Below are positions 9,461-17,436 of a stretch of 64,000 nucleotides of DNA, in pieces. The notes beneath the pieces are model-generated. The model searched no databases, was not told the origin of the DNA, and was given only the letters and a program-made list of their open reading frames with translations. The DNA is from a virus. Where the stretch lies: IMG/VR virus record IMGVR_UViG_3300015371_000013, positions 16,502 to 80,501 of that record; one strand, written 5' to 3'. Each line of letters starts with the position of its first letter. Positions within the stretch are counted from its first letter, which is position 1. Position numbers and translations under genes: made by a program.

Positions 9461-9521
9461 CGCGCTCCTTTCAACAAGGGAGCCTCCGTGCTCTGGATAA
9501 TTGCGTCCTTTCGAAATATAA

Positions 9522-9592
9522 GGCCATAGCCGGTCGCTGGGATTGCGCCAACTTGTTACATAGCGGTAGCGAACCGTACCGGCATTATGGCC
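9522..9592 (-). ncRNA. putative branched RNA element
   Basis: GGCCATA/TATGGCC and GCCGGT/ACCGGC closing stems around two arms. Confidence 0.45.
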
Positions 9593-9598
9593 CAGGGG

Positions 9599-9691
9599 TT
9601 ACTTGTTCAGCAGCTTCGGCTTGCGCTCAAACCACCATGCGAGTCCGAAGGCACCGAGGGTGGTAGCGAGGATGATGAAAAACGGCTTCAT
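9599..9691 (-). CDS. small membrane peptide (30 aa)
   Basis: Manual ORF MKPFFIILATTLGAFGLAWWFERKPKLLNK; ATGA overlap. Confidence 0.55.
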   Translation of the reverse strand: MKPFFIILATTLGAFGLAWWFERKPKLLNK

Positions 9692-9831
9692 GGCATCGAC
9701 GGGGACGGCTCAGGGGTTGATGGCGATGACGAAGGCGGTGACGGCTTCTCAGGCGCGCTCTTGCCCAGAAAATCGTCGATGATGTCACTGAGCATGTAGC
9801 CAACGGCTACTCCGAGCAGGAACTTGGTCAT
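9688..9831 (-). CDS. small protein with Pro/Ser-rich tail (47 aa)
   Basis: Manual ORF MTKFLLGVAVGYML...; ATGA overlaps at both ends. Confidence 0.6.
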   Translation of the reverse strand: MTKFLLGVAVGYMLSDIIDDFLGKSAPEKPSPPSSSPSTPEPSPSMP

Positions 9832-10079
9832 CGATTTCCCCCATTGGGATCGACCGTTTGGGCGGCCTTGGCCGCTGCCGTCGCTGCCTCGGCCCGCAGG
9901 GTCTTGCTGCCAAAGCGGTTGAGCGTGAACAGGAGGCCTACTCCGACCACCAAGCCTCCCAGCGCGCTCTGCTTGAAGACCTTCTTGCCGTGCTCGGTGA
10001 TGATGAGACGCGCGATCTCGTCCTCTCCCAGCGGTGTGGTGAAACCCTCACCAGTCTTAAGGGTCTTGAAACCCAACAA
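9828..10079 (-). CDS. membrane protein (83 aa)
   Basis: TTG start with AAAGGAGAG RBS; one TM segment. Confidence 0.7.
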   Translation of the reverse strand: MLGFKTLKTGEGFTTPLGEDEIARLIITEHGKKVFKQSALGGLVVGVGLLFTLNRFGSKTLRAEAATAAAKAAQTVDPNGGNR

Positions 10080-10117
10080 TGTACTCTCCTTTGTTTTATA
10101 TGACGATGTTCAGACGG

Positions 10118-10375
10118 TCAGGACTTGACGCAACCGGCTCTGAAACGGAGCACGCCGACGACGAACATGCTCGCGCCCAGCCCCATGAAGGTGGTCCCCC
10201 ACGCCAGGTTTTCTTTGGCGAGCATCTCGGGCGTCTTGTTGATGGTGGTTCGGTTGATCACCGGGGGCTTGACGGCCGCCTTCTCGAGCAGCTCGTTGTA
10301 CCTCTCGACTGCGATCTTGACGGTACCGTCGCTTGCCGTCTTGATGGTCTGGACGTTCTCACTGGATTCGGCCAT
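10118..10375 (-). CDS. membrane protein (85 aa)
   Basis: MAESSEN..., AAGGAGAG RBS; C-terminal TM segment. Confidence 0.7.
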   Translation of the reverse strand: MAESSENVQTIKTASDGTVKIAVERYNELLEKAAVKPPVINRTTINKTPEMLAKENLAWGTTFMGLGASMFVVGVLRFRAGCVKS

Positions 10376-10411
10376 TGTACTCTCCTTGTTGTTATGAATA
10401 TAAATCAACGG

Positions 10412-10620
10412 AGCCCCCGATCCAGTACCGGGCCCTTAGGCAGACCGGCTACTGAACCGAGGGCTGTGATCCGTCGAGGCCGGTTCCCATCCGACCATCC
10501 CTCCTGAGGGATACTTGAAATATGTGGTCCGCGCTGAGGGAGAGGCATCAAAGTCCTTATGCCGACCACTCTCGATAGCCTCTTGCCTATTACCGTTGAT
10601 TAGATAATAGGTCTATCGAG
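10412..10620 (-). ncRNA. putative structured non-coding RNA block
   Basis: 16-bp G-U-containing stem at 10412-10465, followed by further branched hairpins up to 10620. Confidence 0.55.
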
Positions 10621-10633
10621 TACTACTTCAGAA

Positions 10634-10729
10634 CTACTTCTGCTTGGCCCACTTCTCCATCATCTGGAGCAAGGCGTCGGCCAGACGTTGCTTTCGATTC
10701 CTCTTACGACGAAGAAATGGGATGCGCAT
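10634..10729 (-). CDS. small basic peptide (31 aa)
   Basis: Manual ORF MRIPFLRRKRNRKQRLADALLQMMEKWAKQK with AAGGAG RBS. Confidence 0.6.
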   Translation of the reverse strand: MRIPFLRRKRNRKQRLADALLQMMEKWAKQK

Positions 10730-11040
10730 CTTGGGGTCTCCTTATTCTGGATCAAGAAAATATGACTGACTTAACGAGAGGGATGGATCGCCGTATTCAT
10801 TAGTGATCACAAACTGCGCTTCGTCGAATTTCTTTAAGATCCGATTTCGTTTCTGACTATTCCGCATTCGACGTCTATACAACGACGATCGTTTAGGATA
10901 GTCCTGTGTTACTTGATGATTCTCTGCTATTTCCATCGGCCGAGAAACTTCAGACCGACCCCTCCGATGATGCCACTGGCGATGAGCATAAATATGCTGA
11001 TACCAGGGCATCAACCGGAGCTCGGGTGCTTCAAGTCGAT

Positions 11041-11849
11041 CTAGTAGTGCTTTGGGATGTAGTCCGGCTTGGGGAGTACCTGGAAGTCGATTGACAGACA
11101 AGGTCTTCCGTCTGGAGATGTAACCGTATCGTACTTGAGCTCCAGAAGCTCATCGGTGTTCCACCCCATATCGTCGGTCCATGAGGTGGCGGGCATTCCG
11201 AGACGCTCGTAGAAGGCGGTAGCATTGACCCAACCTCGATCGTTGAGGATCTCGGCGTTGGTGTCGTTGACTGCCTTCTTGATCTTCTCCATGGTGCTAT
11301 GGAAATATCGTCCGGTCGGCTCATCAAAACAGAGAACCTCTCCCTCGACCACGACGATTTTCTGATAGCCGTCGGTTCGATTCACCCGATCCTGAGAAAT
11401 CTCCGCCTCGATGGATTGCTTCTTCGGACCGGTGAGCTTCTCGGAGACCTTCTCCTTGTACTCCGAGAGATTGCGTTCAGCCAGACCATAGGCCGCCGCC
11501 AAAGCTGCCGCTTTCTGAGCCGACATGCGATGGGAGAATATGATGGCACTGATCGTGAGACCTCCGGTGACGACAGGAGGCACGAACTGCGGCCAGACCA
11601 GCTTGATCTTCTGAGACGGGCTGAGTCCCATGGTGGCATTGCTTTCACCATCGATGACGTCGGTCACGCCTTCGGGATGAATATGCTCGAGCTCCTTCTC
11701 GCGGATGATCTCCGCGGCTTTAAAGCCAGCTCGGCCGGTGAGGACTGCGGTGGCAACTGTGCCAACAACACCTCCCGCGGTGAGCAGAACGGTCGCGTTC
11801 TCAGAAACGAACTGGGCGCCCTTCTGCTTTACTGCATCAAGAAACTGCA
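11041..11849 (-). CDS. DUF6353-like protein (paralogue of 4778-5740)
   Basis: VLLTAGGVVGTVATAVL, GRYF, N..FYE.LG, D.MGWN motifs. Likely GTG start at VQFLDA after an AGGAGA RBS. Confidence 0.8.
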
Positions 11850-11882
11850 CTCTCCTAGGCCTTTCTCGAACTTGGGTGGACG

Positions 11883-11920
11883 AAAAGAAAAAGAGATTCC
11901 GAATCAACGGATCTCTCTTC
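11883..11920 (-). terminator. hairpin/U-tract directly after motif 11919 (empty cassette)
   Basis: GAGATCCG-TTGATT-CGGAATCTC-TTTTTCTTTT begins right after TATAATGA. Confidence 0.7.
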
Positions 11921-11949
11921 ATTATAGGGGATGTTTTTCCCGCGAATTT

Positions 11950-12135
11950 TCAGCGGTCGTTCTTCCGATGGATTTCGAGCCTCTCGCCAGGCTTGAATCG
12001 GCATCGCCCTAATTTTCCCTCCAAGGTGGTAAGGCCTATCTCACTGGGGGTAACCCATCTCACAGACACCACGTCGGTGACTGCGAAAACGACCTCCTCG
12101 GTTTCCTCATCGACAAATATGAGTTCGAAGGTCAT
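11950..12135 (-). CDS. hypothetical protein (61 aa)
   Basis: ORF track restarted at MTFELIF; a 29-aa ATGA-coupled ORF (12132-12221) lies upstream. Confidence 0.65.
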   Translation of the reverse strand: MTFELIFVDEETEEVVFAVTDVVSVRWVTPSEIGLTTLEGKLGRCRFKPGERLEIHRKNDR

Positions 12136-12217
12136 CGAGACTTTCCGCGAAGAATGGCGGCGAGAGCCAGTAGTTTCTGAGCTTGGTCCTCGCATGACTG
12201 AGCAATCTGATCAGCGG

Positions 12218-12382
12218 TCATCGTCGCATCTCCCGGCAGAATATCCAGATGAGCCAGAGCCCCCCTGTGACAACTGTCAACATGACGTCGAACACAAAGG
12301 AAAAGAAGCCATAGCGCTTTCGCGGCTCTCCGAAGTAGACATGGCGAGAATATGTCTGATTGTCACGAAAGAACTCACGCAT
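12218..12382 (-). CDS. small membrane protein
   Basis: MREFFRDN...FDVMLTVVTGGLWLIWIFCREMR. Confidence 0.7.
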   Translation of the reverse strand: MREFFRDNQTYSRHVYFGEPRKRYGFFSFVFDVMLTVVTGGLWLIWIFCREMRR

Positions 12383-12677
12383 TGTCGTCACGCTCATTGT
12401 ACTTGTTCTGGATCTCAATCAGCTTGGCCGACATGCTGTCGAGAATAACTTGATCGAACTCGCTGAGCTCGATACGATTATCATCCACGATTTGCAAAAG
12501 CCGATTGCGCTGTCTGATCGTCTCTTCGAGAGCGGTAGCCAGATCCTCTCGATGTTCAATTACGATATCAATGCTTTTGAGCAGTCGCTTGACCTGAACT
12601 ATCGATACAATGTTGGTGGCGAAGAGACCAGCAATGATGGCGTAAAAGTAAATATCACTATTGAGAAATTTACGCAT
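12375..12677 (-). CDS. membrane-anchored coiled-coil protein
   Basis: 100 aa; N-terminal TM segment. Confidence 0.7.
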   Translation of the reverse strand: MRKFLNSDIYFYAIIAGLFATNIVSIVQVKRLLKSIDIVIEHREDLATALEETIRQRNRLLQIVDDNRIELSEFDQVILDSMSAKLIEIQNKYNERDDNA

Positions 12678-12828
12678 CCCGCTTTATCCCCTTGGCTGTG
12701 GGGTGAAACTTTAAAGCGCGCCTCTCGGCGAGTTCTCGGGTGACGGCCCGGACTTTGACGGTTCGAGTCATCCCGTTCTCATACTCCACGGTGACGTGAT
12801 ACAAGCGCTTCGACTTCTTGGTCTGCAC
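12670..12828 (-). CDS. small basic protein (52 aa)
   Basis: Manual ORF VQTKKSKRLYHVTVEYENG...; overlaps the next start. Confidence 0.6.
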   Translation of the reverse strand: MQTKKSKRLYHVTVEYENGMTRTVKVRAVTRELAERRALKFHPTAKGIKRDA

Positions 12829-12860
12829 GGCAGGCTCTTTCTGTTGAGGGTAAATATGAC

Positions 12861-13067
12861 TTACGGAAGAAGATCTCTCAGAGCAGCGTAAGCTTCTCGT
12901 TGATTTGGAGTGAGCGAGAACTCAGCATACTCATTTGCGAGTTCTTTGATTTCCTGACGTTCTTCGGGGGTGAACTGTTCACGCAAAGTGCTCGCCATGC
13001 GACGAGCATCGTTGTGAATCGTCATGATCACTGTGTAATGGATGAGAGCTTTGTCTCGTGACTTCAT
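12861..13067 (-). CDS. hypothetical protein (68 aa)
   Basis: MKSRDKAL..., GAAAGGA RBS. Confidence 0.7.
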   Translation of the reverse strand: MKSRDKALIHYTVIMTIHNDARRMASTLREQFTPEERQEIKELANEYAEFSLTPNQREAYAALRDLLP

Positions 13068-13083
13068 CAGATTCCTTTCTGAG

Positions 13084-13163
13084 AAAAAAGAGAGAGAAGG
13101 GAATCTATCCAATTCAATGGCGTATTCCTTTGCAAGCCAACAGTCAGTTGGCTCTTCTCTCTC
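13084..13163 (-). ncRNA. putative cassette-borne sRNA (three-way junction)
   Basis: After motif 13162: closing stem GAGAGAGAAG/CUUCUCUCUC plus U-tract; arms AGCCAAC/GUUGGCU and GGAAU/AUUCC. Confidence 0.7.
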
Positions 13164-13190
13164 ACTATACGGCGTGTTTTCCCCGCGTGA

Positions 13191-13571
13191 CTATGCGGTC
13201 ACTACATCCGGCTTCCTGGCCACCCAGGTCGAGCTGATGAGATAGAGCCCAGCCAGGGTCGACAAGAACAGACCCCAACCCGGCTGAACCAGATCGTTGA
13301 CTCCCGCCTCACTGAGATGGAACCAGACATAGGCCACTTGAGACAGGACTACGAGACCGACGAAGATCGAGACGATCCTCATGTAGAGACCGGAGACGGC
13401 GGACGCGATGACGAGTCCGATGCCTGTGAATATGGCGACCGCCACCTCGGTGAAGTTCATCGGCCCGGCGCTGATGACTCCGAGAAAGCTGATCCAGGGG
13501 CCAAGGGCACCAAAGATAAGCGCGATAGCGCCAATGGTGAGCGCGGTGGGACGGTTGAGCTTGGTAGTCAT
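13191..13571 (-). CDS. four-TM membrane protein (126 aa)
   Basis: MTTKLNRP..., ALGPW and PGWGLFL motifs, AAAGGAG RBS. Confidence 0.75.
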   Translation of the reverse strand: MTTKLNRPTALTIGAIALIFGALGPWISFLGVISAGPMNFTEVAVAIFTGIGLVIASAVSGLYMRIVSIFVGLVVLSQVAYVWFHLSEAGVNDLVQPGWGLFLSTLAGLYLISSTWVARKPDVVTA

Positions 13572-13596
13572 GATGACTCCTTTATGGATTGTGGAT

Positions 13597-13684
13597 AAAA
13601 AAGAGAGACCCATCTCCTCCTGCTGTCGTAGCATGGCTTCGTTGGCAGGTCGCGTAGCATAGCTTCGCTGTGGAGATAGGTCTC
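13597..13684 (-). ncRNA. putative structured sRNA with duplicated hairpin
   Basis: 13-bp closing stem GAGACCUAUCUCC/GGAGAUGGGUCUC plus U-tract; both arms carry CGAAGC(U/C)AUGCUACG. Confidence 0.7.
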
Positions 13685-13691
13685 AAAATAT

Positions 13692-13813
13692 AAAGAAACC
13701 CCAGCACATTGCTCTACCTGGGCGCAATGCACTAGATAGAGTTAGGTGGGCACTCGAGGTACTTTTTACACCGTAGCCTGAGCGCAATGCATCAGACTAA
13801 CTGCTGGGGTTTC
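13692..13813 (-). ncRNA. putative cassette-borne sRNA (~120 nt)
   Basis: After motif 13812: 12-bp closing stem GAAACCCCAGCA/UGCUGGGGUUUC; UGCAUUGCGC(U/C)CAGG occurs twice. Confidence 0.7.
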
Positions 13814-13830
13814 ATTATACCACGGGTTTT

Positions 13831-14238
13831 CTACGCGAATACGGAATTCGGCAAAGCCGCAAACCGTTCTTGTAACCCGTGAATATCCTGAGCAATCTCA
13901 CGAGCGTTTTTGCCAACAACGGCTGCAGCTCGATTGATGCTCGGATAAGGTTCGCCAGTCAGCTTGTCCAAAACAGGAATTGGCTCACGACAAGCTCTTT
14001 TTACGAGGGCTATCTGGGTGATCTTGGGCTTCCAGATAATCAACGCCGTATTCTTTGCTTTCTGCTGTATCTCAAGCGGCAAACCGTTGAGACGAAGTAG
14101 AATGGTGGTCGCAGTGACAGAAGAGCCCACCGCGAGACATCCTGCGCCGACGAGATACACCTTCTTGTTCTCCTGCAGATGCTGCTTAACCCGCTCGATC
14201 TTGGTACGATCGTCCTGCTTTTCTCCTTCCTGACTCAT
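13831..14238 (-). CDS. TM segment plus NUMOD1-like HTH protein (paralogue of 17824-18204)
   Basis: KQHLQENKKVYLVGAGCL shared with the paralogue; C-terminal TGEPYPSINRAA; the stop codon lies inside motif 13812. Confidence 0.75.
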   Translation of the reverse strand: MSQEGEKQDDRTKIERVKQHLQENKKVYLVGAGCLAVGSSVTATTILLRLNGLPLEIQQKAKNTALIIWKPKITQIALVKRACREPIPVLDKLTGEPYPSINRAAAVVGKNAREIAQDIHGLQERFAALPNSVFA

Positions 14239-14399
14239 AGTCCCTTCCTTGGGTTGAACACTGATTTACAAATATGAGCGATGGTGACAGCGGTGATGAT
14301 CTTTATCACTGCGTCCGTCGTCTTGTCAATCACTCGTTCCACGTCTTCGGTGGGGATGTTGATGTTGATGTTTACATCATCTTCGATCTTGTGCTTCAC
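14235..14399 (-). CDS. hypothetical protein (54 aa)
   Basis: Manual ORF VKHKIEDDVNININIP..., AAGGAG RBS, ATGA overlap. Confidence 0.65.
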   Translation of the reverse strand: MKHKIEDDVNININIPTEDVERVIDKTTDAVIKIITAVTIAHICKSVFNPRKGL

Positions 14400-14421
14400 G
14401 ACTCTCCTTGTCGCCCGAGGG

Positions 14422-14485
14422 AAAAAATGAAAGAGATCACAATTTCGAATATGCGATTACAGGAGCCTTTCTCCTTCTCTTTCAT
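14422..14485 (-). ncRNA. putative cassette-borne sRNA (three-way junction, ~60 nt)
   Basis: AAUGAAAGAG/CUCUUUCAUU closing stem plus U-tract; arms AGGAG/CUCCU and AUCGCA/UGUGAU. Confidence 0.6.
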
Positions 14486-14509
14486 TATAGGGGCGGTTTT
14501 TCACGCGAA

Positions 14510-14872
14510 TTATTCACCCTCAATATCTGCTTTGATATCCGGCAATTCCTTCGGGCGTTCTCGTCTTTCTGAGGTGACGATCACGGTTATGGTGGGCAAT
14601 TCCCACCGGCGTTCGGCCAGAGGATCGATCTGCATCTGGCGAAGATCCTCAGGCGTTAAAGAGAACTCGTATACTTCAGGCGTGATGACCTTGTCTCTGT
14701 CGGCCAGCACCGAGTTGAACTTCATCGCCTTGTAGGTAACCGCCGATCCAACCATGGCTCCAAATATCCCGGTGGCGGCGTAAGGATGATCGGTAGCGAA
14801 TCTGATCGAACGAGACAGCAGAAGCAACCAGTTTATCTGGTTCATCTGCTCTTTCATCTGATCTTGCTCCAT
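14510..14872 (-). CDS. hypothetical membrane protein
   Basis: 120 aa; AGGAGG RBS. Confidence 0.75.
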   Translation of the reverse strand: MEQDQMKEQMNQINWLLLLSRSIRFATDHPYAATGIFGAMVGSAVTYKAMKFNSVLADRDKVITPEVYEFSLTPEDLRQMQIDPLAERRWELPTITVIVTSERRERPKELPDIKADIEGE

Positions 14873-15493
14873 CTAGCCAACCTCCTTGCTGGCCTGTATC
14901 GAAGCGCTTACACCAATGATTCTGCAGAGAAGATTGATCGAATCGTGAGAATGCAGCGGCTCGTAATGCGGATTGAGCTTGTCTTGCTTTACCAGATCAA
15001 CGATGCCCTGAATATCCGTACGCCATTGAGAAGACGTATAGTAATCGGCCAGCCCGCGATCCGTACGCTTAAGCGTGTCAAGGAACTTATCCTCGGCAAT
15101 CTCCTTAATACGATTTGCCCATTCCGAGGTAATTTCCATAGTCGCCCCTGTGCCCTTCTGAACGAAGGGCGAATTGTCGACGTACTGCATAGCGTCGTTG
15201 TAGATTCGAGCAACCACGATCTCCTTGAGGGCATCCTGACCATAGATCAGGACAGCATAACCCAAGGGCAGATTCCAGATCTTCTCCGGACGACCATGAT
15301 GAACGCCCTGAGTGAGGCAGTTGTAGCCCCACTCGATTTCCTTCTGAGACTTCTGAGGACCCTTTACCTTGATGAACTTCACCATATTCTCAGCCTCGTA
15401 TTCCGAGACATCAAGTTCTTTGGCGATTTCACTGATAGAACGGTCTTCGCCTATCATCTGACGAGTTCGAGCTAGTTTCTCTTGGGTGTTCAT
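14873..15493 (-). CDS. N-terminal HTH protein (206 aa)
   Basis: RSISEIAKELDVSE helix-turn-helix pattern. Confidence 0.7.
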   Translation of the reverse strand: MNTQEKLARTRQMIGEDRSISEIAKELDVSEYEAENMVKFIKVKGPQKSQKEIEWGYNCLTQGVHHGRPEKIWNLPLGYAVLIYGQDALKEIVVARIYNDAMQYVDNSPFVQKGTGATMEITSEWANRIKEIAEDKFLDTLKRTDRGLADYYTSSQWRTDIQGIVDLVKQDKLNPHYEPLHSHDSINLLCRIIGVSASIQASKEVG

Positions 15494-15598
15494 TACTCTC
15501 CTCTATACGCTTGATCTTTTGCTCCCAGAATGTCCAGTCCCGCCACCGCTGTTCTAGCAAATATAGCCGTTCTGGAGTCAACCACGGAGCAATCAACT

Positions 15599-15841
15599 TC
15601 ATTGATCTCCAAGTCCGGTATCGCGCAGAATTTTTCGCGAGATTTCCTTCGGATCAGTCAACCCTTGCCATTCTGTTCCTTCGCGGATGGCAAACAGGAC
15701 GTCAATCACGGCCAGATTGTATCCGACAAACTTAGCCTGATCCTCCGGAGAAATCTCTAGGTCGCCAGGCACAGGCTCAGCAATCTGCATGAAAGTATCT
15801 TGAAGCTCTTTGAGTCGAGCTTTTTCGGTTTCGGTGATCAT
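15599..15841 (-). CDS. hypothetical protein
   Basis: 80 aa; AGGAGAG RBS. Confidence 0.7.
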   Translation of the reverse strand: MITETEKARLKELQDTFMQIAEPVPGDLEISPEDQAKFVGYNLAVIDVLFAIREGTEWQGLTDPKEISRKILRDTGLGDQ

Positions 15842-15861
15842 TGCTCTCCTAAATATAGTGA

Positions 15862-16068
15862 TTAATCGTCGATAACCAGAGGGTCAAACCATCGACCATC
15901 TAGATCATGACGAAACCCTGCCTCAAGCATACGTTGTTCGATAATCTCCGGATGCTCGGCCTCCATGTGCCGCACCTCTTCGTGCGTATTGTTGGCAACT
16001 GCTCCACAATATGGGCAATGCCTCACACAATAAGGTCCGGAGCTCATGGGGTAATCCTCGTCATACAC
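15862..16068 (-). CDS. C2H2-type Zn-finger-like small protein
   Basis: CPYC...HMEAEH. Confidence 0.65.
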   Translation of the reverse strand: MYDEDYPMSSGPYCVRHCPYCGAVANNTHEEVRHMEAEHPEIIEQRMLEAGFRHDLDGRWFDPLVIDD

Positions 16069-16520
16069 AGACTGATTCCACTCTGGGTACTCATGTAGCG
16101 CGCATCAGGCCAGATTCCCTTGCGATGAAGATCCAGCCGGTCGGCGTCCCAACAGGTGGCGATAGTGGGATTGATCGCTCTTTGACCAGAGCTATGCTCC
16201 ACACAGGCCTCGAACAGTAGTTCTATTTGCTCATCGAAAATATAGCGATGGAGATGCTCTTGCGTCTTGTAGAAGCGTTCCCACAATCGATACCCTCGAT
16301 TTCCATGATCAGGATCTTTACCATCGTTTACCCGCATGGAGTCGTGAAATAAAGCGTACAACGCCACAACTTCCATGTCGGCGCCGGTTTCATACCCGTT
16401 TAGCATCTGAGCGTTCTGCCAGACCCTAAACCAATGGTCAAGACCATGGAGTCGACTCTGGAGAACGTTCAGGGTTATAGACTCGCCCAAGACAAAGGGA
16501 ACGCAATGACTGGCGAGCAT
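16044..16520 (-). CDS. HD-domain phosphohydrolase
   Basis: HGLDHWFRV, LFHDSMR, DHG and CWDADRLDL motifs. Confidence 0.85.
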   Translation of the reverse strand: MLASHCVPFVLGESITLNVLQSRLHGLDHWFRVWQNAQMLNGYETGADMEVVALYALFHDSMRVNDGKDPDHGNRGYRLWERFYKTQEHLHRYIFDEQIELLFEACVEHSSGQRAINPTIATCWDADRLDLHRKGIWPDARYMSTQSGISLCMTRITP

Positions 16521-16546
16521 GGTTACTCCTGCGGGTTGGCCGTTGA

Positions 16547-16819
16547 TTATAAACTTTCCTTTGCTTTCTTGCGCTTTCGTCTCTTGTAGGCACGATCCAC
16601 GGTTCGTCTAGCGCAGATATCGCTACAGTACTGTGCATCGTTTCGAGGCTTTCTTGTTTTCGAGAGAGGCTCTTGGAATAGAAATTCCTTTTGACAGGTT
16701 TCGTCAGCACATCGCTTGATCTCGACATCAAGTAAAGTCAAGATCGCATCTGTGAGAGTGCTGGTTTGAGTATAGGAAAGGGCAGTCTGAACTACTACGT
16801 CGGGTACATCTTGGTTCAT
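16547..16819 (-). CDS. C4 Zn-finger (CGNR-like) protein
   Basis: CADETC...YCSDICARR with a basic tail; start MNQDVP. Confidence 0.65.
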   Translation of the reverse strand: MNQDVPDVVVQTALSYTQTSTLTDAILTLLDVEIKRCADETCQKEFLFQEPLSKTRKPRNDAQYCSDICARRTVDRAYKRRKRKKAKESL

Positions 16820-17028
16820 CACGACTGCAAATATGCGATGTCGCGAGCCTGCTTGAGATCGCGAGCCTGCTCGATGGTCAGACCAAGAAGCTCGGTCTTG
16901 GTGAAGCTCAGCTCGTCGCTGAACCACGGGAAGACAAACTTCTCAGAGCCGTCTTCCATAGTGGCGATGGCCTCCTTGTCACCGTAGCGGTGATTGGAGT
17001 CTTGAAAGATTACTGACTTGATGCGCAT
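16819..17028 (-). CDS. hypothetical protein (69 aa)
   Basis: F.WFSDELSF...EL.GLT..QA..L; AGGAGAG RBS. Confidence 0.75.
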   Translation of the reverse strand: MRIKSVIFQDSNHRYGDKEAIATMEDGSEKFVFPWFSDELSFTKTELLGLTIEQARDLKQARDIAYLQS

Positions 17029-17035
17029 AACTCTC

Positions 17036-17371
17036 CTAGTTTGGGTTGCCGAACAGTTCTTCCAGACGTGTAGCCAGATACTCCTGTCGAACTTCGTGAT
17101 GAACGTCTTTCAACTCTTCAAGAATATCGTGAGCAATCTGCTGATACTCCTGGCTGCTCGTAGTCTCGACGGGGAACCAGCGGTTAAGCTTCGGGTAAGG
17201 CCCTTCGCTTCTAAGGGCGTTTTCCCGCTTGAGTCGTCCGAGCATGGTGGTGATCTGGAGTGGCGGGCCCTCGAAAGAAATCCCAGCAATGATCTCAGAT
17301 CGAGCGGCTCCAGGATTGGCACGGACATATTCTATGATTTGATGTGTAAGAGTGTTGTTGGTTTGTGACAC
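17036..17371 (-). CDS. winged-helix-like DNA-binding protein
   Basis: IIEYVRANPGAARSEI...LGRLKRENAL. Confidence 0.65.
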   Translation of the reverse strand: MSQTNNTLTHQIIEYVRANPGAARSEIIAGISFEGPPLQITTMLGRLKRENALRSEGPYPKLNRWFPVETTSSQEYQQIAHDILEELKDVHHEVRQEYLATRLEELFGNPN

Positions 17372-17436
17372 AAAGTCTCTCAGGTTGTGGGGTCTCAGAA
17401 AAAATGAGAACCCACGAATGGATTCTCATTGAAATA

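Noticed and set aside
10742-11101. 119-aa minus-strand ORF
   Set aside because: Overlaps the upstream gene by about 60 nt, has no RBS, and has atypical composition. The region has hairpins and may be non-coding, but the evidence was too weak to call.
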